Assembly (NCBI GenBank): GCA_045537595.1
Contig: JAZSPS010000011.1
Coordinates: forward strand, 1 to 55,884
Direction: 5' to 3'
Source: Eubacteriales bacterium
GTDB lineage: Bacteria; Bacillota; Clostridia; Oscillospirales; CAG-272
DNA length: 55,884 nt
Part shown: piece by piece, positions 20,155 to 30,587 of the stretch
Position numbering within the stretch: the stretch's first letter is position 1
How the letters are laid out: each line of letters opens with the position of its first letter
Program-made: the position numbers and the translations under genes
The notes under the pieces: model-generated
What the model saw: the letters and a program-made list of their open reading frames with translations, nothing else
What the model was told of the DNA's origin: nothing
Databases searched by the model: none

Positions 20155-20913
20155 ATGAAGGTTTTGTTGCATCTTTCTTTTCTTGGAACACATTATTGCG
20201 GTTATCAAATTCAACCGAATGGAGTTACCGTTCAGCAAAAATTAAATGAAGCCACCAAGGCATTATTTGGATATGATTGTGATATCGTGGGCTGTAGCCG
20301 TACCGATAGCGGTGTTCATGCCAACCATTTTTGCGCCGCGGTTTCTAAAAAAGGCGGTGTCGGCTTGGAAACTACAATCCCTCCCGAGCGGATCCCCTTG
20401 GCGATCGCCCAATTTTTGCCGGAGGATATCTCGGTATTTAAAGCGGAAACCGTATCCGATGAATTTCATCCGAGGTATGACGTAAAATATAAGGAATATG
20501 TGTATCGGATTTGGAACCGACCGGAGCGAAATCCATTTTTATGTGATCGGACTTGGCATTATCCAAAGCCAATCACGAAGGAAAACATAGAGCGAATGAA
20601 TCAAGCGGCAAGACGTTTTAAGGGAACGTGGGATTTTGCCTCGTATATGGCTGCGGATTCCAAGATTCGTGATACCGTGCGAACGATTTATGATTCGGAG
20701 GTTACCGAGCATGAGGGCGTGATAGAATTTCGTGTTTCGGCAAACGGGTTCCTTTATAATATGGTGAGAATATTGACAGGAACATTGATTTCCGTGGCGG
20801 AAGAAAAAATACAGCCGTCGGATATTGAACGAATTACCGCCTCGCGGGATCGGAAGCAAGCGGGAATTACCGTACCGGCACAGGGCTTATTTCTGAATAA
20901 GGTTGTTTACTGA
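20155..20913 (+). CDS. truA: tRNA pseudouridine(38-40) synthase
   Basis: SRTDSGVHA, GFLYNMVR, PAQGLFL. Confidence 0.95.
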   Translation: MKVLLHLSFLGTHYCGYQIQPNGVTVQQKLNEATKALFGYDCDIVGCSRTDSGVHANHFCAAVSKKGGVGLETTIPPERIPLAIAQFLPEDISVFKAETVSDEFHPRYDVKYKEYVYRIWNRPERNPFLCDRTWHYPKPITKENIERMNQAARRFKGTWDFASYMAADSKIRDTVRTIYDSEVTEHEGVIEFRVSANGFLYNMVRILTGTLISVAEEKIQPSDIERITASRDRKQAGITVPAQGLFLNKVVY

Positions 20914-20922
20914 TTTTTGAAT

Positions 20923-20952
20923 TTGACGATGCGTACCATAATGCTGTAAAAT
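20923..20952 (+). promoter_or_regulatory. Possible sigma-A promoter
   Basis: TTGACG-18 bp-TAAAAT ahead of RBS GAGGAGG. Confidence 0.5.
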
Positions 20953-20973
20953 GCCAAAGAGAGGAGGCCATGT

Positions 20974-22299
20974 ATGAAAAATCCCTTTTCAAACTCAAAA
21001 AAAGAAGAAAACCATGCAAATATGGGAAACCGAAAAAACGGAAATGAATATTCTTTTGCGCAAAAGGTAGGCAGATTTTTCAGCGCTGAGCCTCAAAAGG
21101 AAAAGGTATTGCGTCGGGAGGATTTTCATGCCGCGGGAGACCCGTATTACGCTACTGTTTCCGCGGGCTATAAAATCGCGCAGCGGATTCTTTGGGTGTT
21201 TTTTGTGTTTTTTATGGTGATATCGATTATCGCGAATCATCAAGAAATTACATACGATAATTTTTTCTATTTGATCAAAGATTTCACAGGGGCGGTGGAT
21301 ACCGATAGCAATCGGTATGAAACTCTTTCTTATGAGGCGGACGCGAGACAAAATTTCGCGCTTTACCGAGGGGGAGTGGCAACGGTCAGTCCTTCTAAAA
21401 TTTCTGTATTTACCTCAACAGGGCGCCGAACCTTAAATTCAACCTCTTCGTTTTCCTCTCCTTACATGGTCACCTCGGGAAAATATATTTTGATCTACGA
21501 TACCTCGGGAACCGGCTTTTCAATTTATAACTCTTTCGCGAGGGTCTATACGGAAACCTTGGAATATCCTGTAACCGGAGCCTGCTTTGCGGAGGATGGA
21601 TCCTTTGTTATCGTAACACGGTCCGCTGACAGCCGCTCTGTGATTTGTATTTATAATAAAAGCTTTAAGAAAATATCGGAATTGCGAAGTGACGCGTATG
21701 TTTTCGGTGTGTCGGCGGATAAGGAGCGAGATCGAATTGCCGTGCTTTCATATGAGAGCGGAAACGGAATCGGCAGAGCGGTGCTGTCCTTGCGGGAATG
21801 GTCAACCCTGGAAGAGGAAAAACGAATGACCTTTGATGGAGAATTCCCCCTGTCATGCGGATTTTTGGAAAACGGATACTGCGCGCTCCTGAGCGATCAC
21901 TGTATACGAATTTTTGACAGAGAGCTTGAGGAGCATGAAAAGAGCGGAGATTATTCGGGCGGTAATATTACAGGATATAGCCTGACATCGGAAGGTGTTG
22001 CGGTGTGTACCATTGAGGCGTCAAAAAATACAGTATGCGCATTTGATAAATCAGGAAAAATATTATATAATGGCGATGTACGGCATAATGTTGGAGATAT
22101 TTGCGTTTATGAAGACTTTGTTTTTTTGCGGACCGAAAGCGGTGTGGTTCGGTTACATGGTGACGGTAGCAAAAAAAATGACGAACAACAAGAGGAAACG
22201 CTTCCATCCGGACAGGGAAAAATGCTTGTTTACAACGAACGAACCGTCATTGTTTGCGGTGAATCGAAAGCAGAGTATTTGATTTTCTCAAATAAATAA
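20974..22299 (+). CDS. Membrane-anchored beta-propeller-like protein (DUF5711-like)
   Basis: Single TM near residues 72-88 followed by repetitive beta-rich segments. Confidence 0.6.
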   Translation: MKNPFSNSKKEENHANMGNRKNGNEYSFAQKVGRFFSAEPQKEKVLRREDFHAAGDPYYATVSAGYKIAQRILWVFFVFFMVISIIANHQEITYDNFFYLIKDFTGAVDTDSNRYETLSYEADARQNFALYRGGVATVSPSKISVFTSTGRRTLNSTSSFSSPYMVTSGKYILIYDTSGTGFSIYNSFARVYTETLEYPVTGACFAEDGSFVIVTRSADSRSVICIYNKSFKKISELRSDAYVFGVSADKERDRIAVLSYESGNGIGRAVLSLREWSTLEEEKRMTFDGEFPLSCGFLENGYCALLSDHCIRIFDRELEEHEKSGDYSGGNITGYSLTSEGVAVCTIEASKNTVCAFDKSGKILYNGDVRHNVGDICVYEDFVFLRTESGVVRLHGDGSKKNDEQQEETLPSGQGKMLVYNERTVIVCGESKAEYLIFSNK

Positions 22300-22393
22300 A
22301 TTTTAGTAAATTACGAAAAATTATAGAATGATATTTATTAAAGGATGACATTTTACAAAATGAAAATAAAATTCATAGGGGACGGTAAATCAA

Positions 22394-22972
22394 ATGAAAT
22401 TAAAAAATATTCCTAATATGTTGTCAATTGCGAGAATATGCTTGGTATTTGTTTTTATCGCGCTGTTCTTCACAGGAAATATCTATGCCGCATTGTTTGT
22501 ATTCCTTTTGGCAGGAGCTACCGATGTAGTAGATGGATATTTGGCAAGACGCAATAATTGGATCACCAATTTAGGTAAGATATTGGACCCATTTGCGGAT
22601 AAATTAATGCAGTGTACGGTGCTTGTAAGCCTGTGTGTGAAGGGATATATTCCCCTTTGGTTTGTTATTCCGTTCTTTGTAAAGGAAATCCTAACCCTGT
22701 TGCTTGGCGCGATCGTAATCAAACGTCGCAGCGTGGCGGTAGTCAGCCGATGGTACGGAAAACTGACTGTTTGCGTATTCTATCTTACCATCGTTGCGTC
22801 CATTGTATTCCGTGCCTTCTTGGCAGACCATGCGGTGATCCGTATCCTTATCTTCATTCCCGCAATCGCCATGGCAGCCTTTTCCTTGGCGGCGTATGTA
22901 AAGCATTACGCGTGGTTGAGGAATGAGACTCCGAAGCGCGGAAATATATTAAAAACCCGAAAGGAACAGTAA
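22394..22972 (+). CDS. pgsA: CDP-alcohol phosphatidyltransferase (PgsA-like)
   Basis: NIPNMLS, TDVVDGYLARR...GKILDPFADK. Confidence 0.8.
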   Translation: MKLKNIPNMLSIARICLVFVFIALFFTGNIYAALFVFLLAGATDVVDGYLARRNNWITNLGKILDPFADKLMQCTVLVSLCVKGYIPLWFVIPFFVKEILTLLLGAIVIKRRSVAVVSRWYGKLTVCVFYLTIVASIVFRAFLADHAVIRILIFIPAIAMAAFSLAAYVKHYAWLRNETPKRGNILKTRKEQ

Positions 22973-23005
22973 GACGTTTTTTCGTCTTTGTGTAAATAAA
23001 GTACT

Positions 23006-25327
23006 ATGGTTATGTGTTCAAAATGCCATAAAAGAGTGGCAGTTGTATTTGTAAATAAAATTGAAAACGGAAATAATAAAATGGGGGAGGGACTTTGCAT
23101 CAAATGTGCCCGAGAGCTGGGAATACCGGTGGATAATATGCTCGGAAGCATGATGAACCAAATGGGAATTTCCCCTGAGCAATTGGAAAATATGGAGGAA
23201 GAGGTCAATCAATTTATGACAGAGGCGCAAAATCTTCCGATAGGAGAGGATGACCTTGAAGACGGAGGAGCTCCCGCCATAGATTTGCCAAAGCTGTTTA
23301 AGGAAAGCGGGCTTCCCCCTGTTCCTCAAAGGGATGCCGATTCATCCAAGAATGGAAAGCAGACAAATAAAGGCGAGACACCTAAGAAACGATATAAATT
23401 TCTTGACACGTACTGCCGAAATTTAACAAAGCGGGCAGCGGACGGAAAGCTTGACCGTATCGTAGGTCGTGAAAAGGAGTTGGAACGGATCATTCAAATT
23501 CTTTGCCGCCGTCAAAAAAACAATCCCTGCCTGATCGGTGAACCGGGTGTAGGTAAAACTGCCATTGCGGAAGCGTTAGCTCAGCGCATCGCGGATAATG
23601 AAGTGCCATATAAATTAAAGGGAAAACAGATCTACTTGGTAGATCTTACCGCTATCGTGGCAGGAACACAGTTCAGAGGGCAGTTTGAATCCAGAATTTT
23701 GGGACTGTTGAATGAGGTCAAAGAAGCGGGAAATGTTATTTTGGTAATCGATGAGGTTCATAATATCGTGGGAGCTGGTGACGCGGAAGGAAGCATCAAC
23801 GCAGCCAACATTTTAAAGCCCGCGCTTTCACGAGGAGAGGTGCGCATTATCGGAGCCACAACGCTGAATGAATACCGTAAATATATCGAAAAGGACTCGG
23901 CATTGGAAAGAAGATTCCAGCCTGTGTCGGTCAATGAGCCCTCTATCGACGAAACCATTGAGATGCTGGAAGGAATCAAGCATTATTATGAGGAATTCCA
24001 TTCCATAAAAATCCCCGATACGGTAATACGACGTGCCGTTATTCTCTCAGAGCGATATATAACGGACCGATATTTGCCCGATAAAGCCATTGACCTTTTG
24101 GATGAGGCAGCCTCCAAGCTCTCCTTGAGCAGTGCGGCTCTGAATGAATCCCAGCAGATACGTGAGGAGCTCTTGATCCTTCGAGAGAAAAGAGAAGGGC
24201 TGGAAAGTGAAACACCCTCCGATGAAAAACAAGCGCAAAAATGCTACGAGGAAATCGCCGAAATTAAGGCAAAGGAGATTCAACTTTCCGAACGCCTTAA
24301 GGAGCTGGAGCCTTCTTGTGAGCAGGTATATTTGGATGAGGCGGATATTGCTTCAGTCATTGAAATTTGGACAGGAGTACCTGCTACCGATATTACCGAA
24401 AATGAATTTGAGAAAATCGATAAGCTGGAGGAGCGCTTAAAGCAGCGTATTATCGGTCAGAACGAAGCGGTTGAAGCGGTCGCAAAGGCGATCAAGCGAA
24501 ATCGCGCGGGAATTTCCTATAAAAGAAAACCGGTTTCCTTTATTTTTGCCGGCCCCACGGGTGTGGGTAAAACAGAGCTGGTCAAAACACTTGCGGCAGA
24601 TCTGTTCCATTCACCCGAGACCCTGATCCGACTGGATATGTCGGAGTTTATGGAGAAGCATTCGGTATCCCGTATCATCGGAGCGCCTCCCGGATATGTT
24701 GGATACGATGAGGCAGGGCAGCTTACGGAAAAGATTCGGCGCCGTCCGTATTCGGTCGTCCTGTTTGATGAAATTGAAAAGGCACACCCCGATGTTTTGA
24801 ATATCCTTCTTCAGATTCTGGATGACGGAAGAATTACCGATTCTCACGGAAAGACCGTCAATTTTGAAAATACGGTTTTGGTCATGACCACCAATGCGGG
24901 CTCCGATCACTCCGCGGCAACGGTGGGATTTTCCGCCACGGAGAATTCAGCGGCGTCAGATAAGACGATGAAAGCCTTGTCGAATTTCCTTCGCCCTGAA
25001 TTTATCAATCGCGTGGACGAAATTATAACCTTCCATTCGCTTACCGAAGAGGATTTTGGTAAGATCGCCTGCATCATGCTGGATGAATTGAAAACGGCGC
25101 TTGCCGAAAAGAATATTTTGCTGAAATATTCACAATCGGCTGTGGAATATATCGCAAAGAATTCCTATTCCCATAAATTCGGAGCCCGAAATATGCGACG
25201 CTTTATTTGCAGCCATGTGGAGGATCCCATTGCTGAGCGTATTATTTCAGATTACACGCGCAAGATCTCCGCGATTTCTTTAAAATATTCCAAAAAGGAA
25301 AATAAATTGGTTATAGAGTGTATTTAA
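23006..25327 (+). CDS. clpC: Class 1 Clp ATPase (ClpC/ClpE-like) with N-terminal Zn finger
   Basis: CSKC...CIKC N-terminus; [13 protein letters not shown] and [16 protein letters not shown]; [11 protein letters not shown]; VGF loop. Confidence 0.85.
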   Translation: MVMCSKCHKRVAVVFVNKIENGNNKMGEGLCIKCARELGIPVDNMLGSMMNQMGISPEQLENMEEEVNQFMTEAQNLPIGEDDLEDGGAPAIDLPKLFKESGLPPVPQRDADSSKNGKQTNKGETPKKRYKFLDTYCRNLTKRAADGKLDRIVGREKELERIIQILCRRQKNNPCLIGEPGVGKTAIAEALAQRIADNEVPYKLKGKQIYLVDLTAIVAGTQFRGQFESRILGLLNEVKEAGNVILVIDEVHNIVGAGDAEGSINAANILKPALSRGEVRIIGATTLNEYRKYIEKDSALERRFQPVSVNEPSIDETIEMLEGIKHYYEEFHSIKIPDTVIRRAVILSERYITDRYLPDKAIDLLDEAASKLSLSSAALNESQQIREELLILREKREGLESETPSDEKQAQKCYEEIAEIKAKEIQLSERLKELEPSCEQVYLDEADIASVIEIWTGVPATDITENEFEKIDKLEERLKQRIIGQNEAVEAVAKAIKRNRAGISYKRKPVSFIFAGPTGVGKTELVKTLAADLFHSPETLIRLDMSEFMEKHSVSRIIGAPPGYVGYDEAGQLTEKIRRRPYSVVLFDEIEKAHPDVLNILLQILDDGRITDSHGKTVNFENTVLVMTTNAGSDHSAATVGFSATENSAASDKTMKALSNFLRPEFINRVDEIITFHSLTEEDFGKIACIMLDELKTALAEKNILLKYSQSAVEYIAKNSYSHKFGARNMRRFICSHVEDPIAERIISDYTRKISAISLKYSKKENKLVIECI

Positions 25328-28102
25328 ATGAAGAACGAAAAATGGTTTAACCTCGGAATTCCCGAGGTGGAAAAAATTTTAAAAACCAATGCCGCCTCGG
25401 GATTGACCCGCAAGGCGGCTCGTTCTCGTGTCAATCGAAGCGCAGGAAGCCTTTATCGAATCATATCAAAATCGCCGTTAAAGCTTTTGCTTGAGATCTT
25501 ATCGGATTTTGCGCTGATCCTTCTCTTGCTTGCCGCGGTTATTTCTCTGTTTTTTGAGGAAACACAAAGAGGAATCACGATCCTTACCTTAAGCGGCGCC
25601 CAAATTTTAATTCTTTGGCTTATGTATTACCGTTCACAGCGCACTATGGAATCTCTTTCCTCCTTTTTTTACCCCACCGCTCGGGTAATTCGGGGGGGGA
25701 AGCTTTTCCATGTGGACTTTCGAAGCGTGGTAGTGGGCGATGTTATGCTCATTGAAGAAGGAGATGTAATCTGCGGTGACGCAAGGCTGGTTACCTCGGA
25801 TGGCTTGCGTGTGAAAATGCGCGTGGACCGAGATAACTATAAGGTGCTGGAAAAAATGGCGGAGGGACATGTAAACCCACGGGAATACCGTGCCTCGGAA
25901 ATGGTCAATATGGTCCATGCGGGCTCGGTGGTGGAAAAGGGAAGCGGACGAGCCATTGTTACGGCAGTAGGCATGTATACATACTTGGGCACTATGACAG
26001 GAGGAATAGAAATAACGATTCCGGAGGGCGTGTCCAAAATAATCAAAAAGATACAAAAGCTATGCGGTAAGATCAATTTGATCACACTCTTGGCAGTTCT
26101 TCCGTTTTGTATTATCAGTCTTTTGCTCGGTCATATAAATGGGGGTACGGTGGTGCTTTCCGAGGCTTTTTTGACAGCGGTCTCACTGGCGGTTACCACG
26201 GTTTCTCAAATGACATGTATTCTTCTTAAGCTGTTTTATACAAAGAAGATCCGAGAAATGGTTGCTCCTCCCGATTCGGCGATCATACGGTCTGTGGAGG
26301 CATTTGATAAATTGGCGAGCGCGGACTATTTGTTTATGCTGGACGGATGCGCACTGACAGACGGAATTCTGCATTTTTATGCCGGAGCCTGCGGAGACGG
26401 GGAAATCCGAAATTATGAATCACCCGGTCCAACCACACGGTATTTTTCGGAGCTTGTTGCGCTCTATTATTCCGCGGCAAGCCGTGCGTTGACGACAGGC
26501 ATCAGCGACGCGGGAAACTATTTTGCCGCGATCAAAGAATTTATACGTAAAATCGGCGTAGATGAAGGAGCGCTCAAGATACGTTGTTCCATCTTGTCCT
26601 ATGCATCGGGAAATTTAAGGGATTCGAGTGAGTTAATGTATTTTAGCGATCAAGGCGAGAGAAGACTGTTAAAAATTTCCTGTTCCGCAACGGCAATTTC
26701 AAAGTGTGACAGCATTCTCATTGGCGGAAAACGGCAAAAATTAAGCGCCGAAGGTATGGCGAAGCTGGAAGAAATGAGAACGCGATATGCATCAAAATCC
26801 TGCGCTCCTATGATTTTTTCTCTTTCCTCTGACGTAAATGACACAGATACTTGTTTTATTGGAATGTTGTCCTTTGCGGAGGGCGTAGATCCGCAATGGC
26901 AAAGAAAACTATCCTATATTGAAAAAATGGGATGCCGTGTTATACTGTTTTCGGGAAGGATGTCACAGAGCGCTCCGCATATTCCAAAGGAAATCGCGGC
27001 ACATGGAGGCGCTTCAAAACAGGATTTTATAAAAAACAATCTTCCGCTGACTTACAGCTTTGGAAAGATCAGAATTTATTCTGATTTTTCTCAAGAGGAT
27101 ATTATAACACTTTTGAACTATGCGCATGCCCATGGAAAGAATGTGGTGACAGTCGGATTTGATGAGGAGTCCTTGGCAATCGCTGAGCACTCGGAGGCAT
27201 TCGTTACATGCGCGCCCGTACATACACGGACAGCCGGATATTTGGATGAGGAGATTCAAACGTTGGAGGTCGTAGGACAGCAATACAGTACCTCTTGTAA
27301 GCAAACGGTAAGGGAAAACGCCGATTTTTTGATTCCGCGTCCTTATATGGGAAAAGGCGGCTTAAGCTCTCTTGCGGCAATCTTTTTGCAAATTAAACGG
27401 ATCCATCGAAATATTTCGGATTTTCTACAATATTTGATAGGGACTCAGATGATTCGTCTTCTCGTTACAGCGCTTCCCATGCTGTTCGGATATACGGTTT
27501 TGAACGGGATCCATATTCTCTTCTGTAGCTGCGTTTTGGACATTTTCGCGTTTCTTATCATAACGAGAAATAATGATCCTGTAAAAACATTAAAAACAGA
27601 GGAGACGGGATTAAAGGGCTTAAAGGAAGGGAAAGCTCAAGATAGAGCGATTTTGAAACGGAAGGAATTTTTCTTGGACATTCAGGCTTTGCTTATGGCA
27701 AGCTTGCTCTCGTCATTGGCAACGGTTTTTTTGCCCTTGATTTTAGATTTTTCAGGGATTATGGGACAGTATTTTTATAAAACAGAATTTTGTTTCATGT
27801 CCTTGATTCTGCTTCACGTGTGTGCTTTATTTGTATTGCGTTTTGATTCATTGCAAGCCGCAAGGAAGCTATATCGCAGTCTTTTGTTCGTCTCAGAATT
27901 AATGTTGGTGACGATTTTCTTGTTCCTTTGCTTGACATGGGAATCCTTTGGCGGTCTTTTTTATATGGATAAACATCCTTTGCCCTATTTTATTCTCTCC
28001 TTTGCTCCTGTCGTGATTTTTTTCTGTGTGATTGCGGGATTTAAAAAATTCTCCAAACGAAACAAATCAGATAATCCGAATAAAAAGACAAATAAAAAAT
28101 GA
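25328..28102 (+). CDS. Type II P-type ATPase-like membrane protein lacking catalytic motifs (putative pseudoenzyme)
   Basis: Colinear with Ca2+-ATPase-like pumps (N-terminal WFNLG..GLT, ARVIRGG..VVGD..GD...DARL, NMVHAGS..G.G.AIV..G) but TGES, PEGL, DKTGT, KGAPE, TGD and GDGVND are all replaced; ORF intact. Confidence 0.8.
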   Translation: MKNEKWFNLGIPEVEKILKTNAASGLTRKAARSRVNRSAGSLYRIISKSPLKLLLEILSDFALILLLLAAVISLFFEETQRGITILTLSGAQILILWLMYYRSQRTMESLSSFFYPTARVIRGGKLFHVDFRSVVVGDVMLIEEGDVICGDARLVTSDGLRVKMRVDRDNYKVLEKMAEGHVNPREYRASEMVNMVHAGSVVEKGSGRAIVTAVGMYTYLGTMTGGIEITIPEGVSKIIKKIQKLCGKINLITLLAVLPFCIISLLLGHINGGTVVLSEAFLTAVSLAVTTVSQMTCILLKLFYTKKIREMVAPPDSAIIRSVEAFDKLASADYLFMLDGCALTDGILHFYAGACGDGEIRNYESPGPTTRYFSELVALYYSAASRALTTGISDAGNYFAAIKEFIRKIGVDEGALKIRCSILSYASGNLRDSSELMYFSDQGERRLLKISCSATAISKCDSILIGGKRQKLSAEGMAKLEEMRTRYASKSCAPMIFSLSSDVNDTDTCFIGMLSFAEGVDPQWQRKLSYIEKMGCRVILFSGRMSQSAPHIPKEIAAHGGASKQDFIKNNLPLTYSFGKIRIYSDFSQEDIITLLNYAHAHGKNVVTVGFDEESLAIAEHSEAFVTCAPVHTRTAGYLDEEIQTLEVVGQQYSTSCKQTVRENADFLIPRPYMGKGGLSSLAAIFLQIKRIHRNISDFLQYLIGTQMIRLLVTALPMLFGYTVLNGIHILFCSCVLDIFAFLIITRNNDPVKTLKTEETGLKGLKEGKAQDRAILKRKEFFLDIQALLMASLLSSLATVFLPLILDFSGIMGQYFYKTEFCFMSLILLHVCALFVLRFDSLQAARKLYRSLLFVSELMLVTIFLFLCLTWESFGGLFYMDKHPLPYFILSFAPVVIFFCVIAGFKKFSKRNKSDNPNKKTNKK

Positions 28103-28164
28103 GAGGGATTTATGTTAAGGAAATGAATGGAATTTATTGAAATTATTTGAATGTTTGTGCATAT

Positions 28165-28194
28165 GAATATATAAAAAACTCCTTTGCATAAAAT
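28165..28194 (+). promoter_or_regulatory. Possible sporulation sigma (E/G-type) promoter
   Basis: GAATA-17 bp-CATAAAAT upstream of ylmC/ymxH. Confidence 0.45.
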
Positions 28195-28235
28195 GATAGC
28201 AATGATAGCATTGTTTTATGTAAAGGAGTTTTGTT

Positions 28236-28529
28236 ATGGAACGATTGAGTACCTGTGAGTTGAGGGAAAAGGAAGTGATCAATCTTTGCGATGGGGCAAG
28301 ACTTGGGTGCCCCGGTGATTTTGAATTAAACATCAGCGACGGGAAAATCACCGCGATCATTGTCCCGCGTCCTTGCGGCTTCTTGGGATTAAGTCACGCA
28401 AATGATATTTTTATTCCGTGGAACCGCATTGAATGTATTGGCGAGGACGCGATTTTGGTTCGACTTTCGGTTGCTGAATATTGTATTCCGGATAAGGATA
28501 AAAAGAAAAACAAAAAGGGAATATTGTAA
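28236..28529 (+). CDS. YlmC/YmxH family sporulation PRC-barrel protein
   Basis: ELREKEVINLCDGARLG...G.I.AIIVP...IPWNRIECIGEDAILV. Confidence 0.9.
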   Translation: MERLSTCELREKEVINLCDGARLGCPGDFELNISDGKITAIIVPRPCGFLGLSHANDIFIPWNRIECIGEDAILVRLSVAEYCIPDKDKKKNKKGIL

Positions 28530-28562
28530 TTGTAAATATTTTGTAAATAAGATAAAAGAGTA

Positions 28563-28591
28563 TTGCTTAATATAAAAAAATATGATATAAT
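28563..28591 (+). promoter_or_regulatory. Sigma-A promoter of rpsB-tsf
   Basis: TTGCTT-17 bp-TATAAT with extended TG. Confidence 0.75.
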
Positions 28592-28635
28592 TTTTTCAAT
28601 TGCGTGGATTAATGAGAATCAACGCAAAAATAAAA

Positions 28636-28712
28636 TACACACACATTTGCAGGGAGCGATGCGGTGTTGCCAAAAGGCAATAAAATCGCTGTGCAATGTG
28701 GTGGAAAAACCG
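28636..28712 (+). ncRNA. rpsB (S2) leader RNA, putative autogenous control element
   Basis: Nested stems CACATT.GCA/TGCAATGTG, AGCGAT/ATCGCT, TTGCC/GGCAA in the rpsB 5' UTR. Confidence 0.65.
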
Positions 28713-28727
28713 AAGGAGGACATTGAA

Positions 28728-29498
28728 ATGTCTATTATCTCAATCAAACAGCTTCTCGAAGCAGGTGTACATTTCGGACACCACACCAGAAGATGGAACC
28801 CCAAAATGCAGGAGTACATCTACACCGAAAGAAACGGTATTTACATCATCGACCTTCAGAAGACCGTAAAGAAGTTTGACGAAGCGTATGCTTTTGTTCG
28901 TGACGTAGCGGCTCAGGGCGGAAACATTTTGTTTGTAGGTACCAAAAAGCAGGCAGCGGATGCTATCAAAGAGGAAGCAACTCGTTGCGGCATGTACTAT
29001 GTAAACGTTCGTTGGCCCGGCGGAATGATGACAAACTTTAAGACCATCAAGCGCTCTATCGGCCGTTTGAACAGTCTTGAAAAGATGCAGGAGGATGGAA
29101 CCTTCGATTTGCTTCCTAAGAAGGAAGTTGCCGCAAAGCAGAAGGAAATCTTTGACCTTGAGAAGAACTATGGCGGTATTAAGACCATGGAAGATCTTCC
29201 CGCCGCAATCTTTATTGTTGACCCCAAGAAGGAAAGAAACGCTGTGCTGGAAGCAAAGAAGCTGGGTATTCCGGTTGTCGCAATCGTTGATACCAACTGT
29301 GACCCCGATGACGCTGATTACATTATCCCCGGTAACGATGACGCGATCCGCGCAATCAAATTGATCTCCTCCGCGCTGGCAGACGCAGTGATCGAGGGCA
29401 AGCAGGGCGAACAGCTTGAGGCAGAGGGCGAAGAGGTCGCTGCGGAAGATGCTGTTGTAGCCGAGGATGAGACTGCTGAAGCAGCAGATGCTGAATAA
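28728..29498 (+). CDS. rpsB: 30S ribosomal protein S2
   Basis: [32 protein letters not shown]; ATG 28728 after AAGGAGG. Confidence 0.98.
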   Translation: MSIISIKQLLEAGVHFGHHTRRWNPKMQEYIYTERNGIYIIDLQKTVKKFDEAYAFVRDVAAQGGNILFVGTKKQAADAIKEEATRCGMYYVNVRWPGGMMTNFKTIKRSIGRLNSLEKMQEDGTFDLLPKKEVAAKQKEIFDLEKNYGGIKTMEDLPAAIFIVDPKKERNAVLEAKKLGIPVVAIVDTNCDPDDADYIIPGNDDAIRAIKLISSALADAVIEGKQGEQLEAEGEEVAAEDAVVAEDETAEAADAE

Positions 29499-29566
29499 TC
29501 AGATTATATAATAAACCGAAAAATTAAGAAATTTTAAGAAGTATTAATTGAAAGGACGACAATAAC

Positions 29567-30496
29567 ATGGCAAATATAACCGCAAAAGATGTTGCCGCAC
29601 TTCGCGCAAAAACCGGTATCGGTATGATGGAGTGTAAGAAGGCTCTTGTTGAGGCAAACGGCGACGTAGAAGAAGCAATTAAGATCCTTCGTAAGAGAGG
29701 CGAATTGAAGGCAGAAGCAAAGGCAGCTACCAGAATCGCCGCTGACGGTATTGTTGATATCATGAAGGAAGGCGATATTACCGCAATGATCGAGGTTAAC
29801 TCCGAGACAGACTTCGTGGCTAAGAACGCATCCTTCCAGGAATTTGTAAAGAATCTGCTGAAAACGATCATCGCGAATAAGCCTGCGGATATCGATGCAT
29901 TGATGGCATCCACATACGTGGACGGTTCCGCGACGGTTGAGGCAAAGCTGAAGGAAATGATCTTCGTGATCGGTGAGAAGCTTAGCATTCGCCGTTTCGT
30001 AATCGCAGAGGGCTTGACCAGCACTTATATTCACGGAACAGGTACAATCGGCGTTATCGTTACCTTTGACGCGGATGAGGCTGTTGCCGCTAAGGATGAG
30101 TTCGCTGAATTCGCAAAGAATATCGCTTTGCAGGTTGGCGCATATCCCACTCCTTATCTGAATCGTGAGTCGGTTCCCGCATCTGTTTTGGAAGAGGAAA
30201 AATCTATTTTGATGGCTCAGATCGCTAACGATCCCGCAAACGCAAAGAAGCCTCCTCAGATCATTGAGAAAATGGTTACCGGTAGAATCAGCAAGTTCTA
30301 CGATAATAACTGTCTCTTGGATATGGGTTACGTTAAGGACGATGACATGAAGGTTGGTCAGTATGTAGACGCAACAGCCAAAGCACTGGGCGGAAATATT
30401 ACTGTAACAGGCTTCTACCGCTTTGAAAAGGGCGAAGGAATCCAGAAGAGAGAAGAGAACTTCGCGGAAGAGATCGCAAAGCTCACAGGAAATTAA
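29567..30496 (+). CDS. tsf: Elongation factor Ts
   Basis: LRAKTGIGMMECKKAL, EVNSETDFVAKN, RFEKGEG. Confidence 0.98.
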   Translation: MANITAKDVAALRAKTGIGMMECKKALVEANGDVEEAIKILRKRGELKAEAKAATRIAADGIVDIMKEGDITAMIEVNSETDFVAKNASFQEFVKNLLKTIIANKPADIDALMASTYVDGSATVEAKLKEMIFVIGEKLSIRRFVIAEGLTSTYIHGTGTIGVIVTFDADEAVAAKDEFAEFAKNIALQVGAYPTPYLNRESVPASVLEEEKSILMAQIANDPANAKKPPQIIEKMVTGRISKFYDNNCLLDMGYVKDDDMKVGQYVDATAKALGGNITVTGFYRFEKGEGIQKREENFAEEIAKLTGN

Positions 30497-30503
30497 TCGT
30501 AAA

Positions 30504-30536
30504 AGTGCACCTCAAACAAATTGTTGGAGGTGCACT
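30504..30536 (+). terminator. Stem-loop after tsf (weak terminator or processing site)
   Basis: AGTGCACCTC/GAGGTGCACT, no immediately adjacent T-tract. Confidence 0.5.
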
Positions 30537-30587
30537 CCGCGTTTTATGCTTTAAAAACATAAACAGGAAGAGCTGATTAGGAGAAGT

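Noticed and set aside
28563-28727. 55-aa N-terminal extension of S2 in the ORF track
   Set aside because: Covers the promoter and leader RNA; strong RBS precedes ATG 28728
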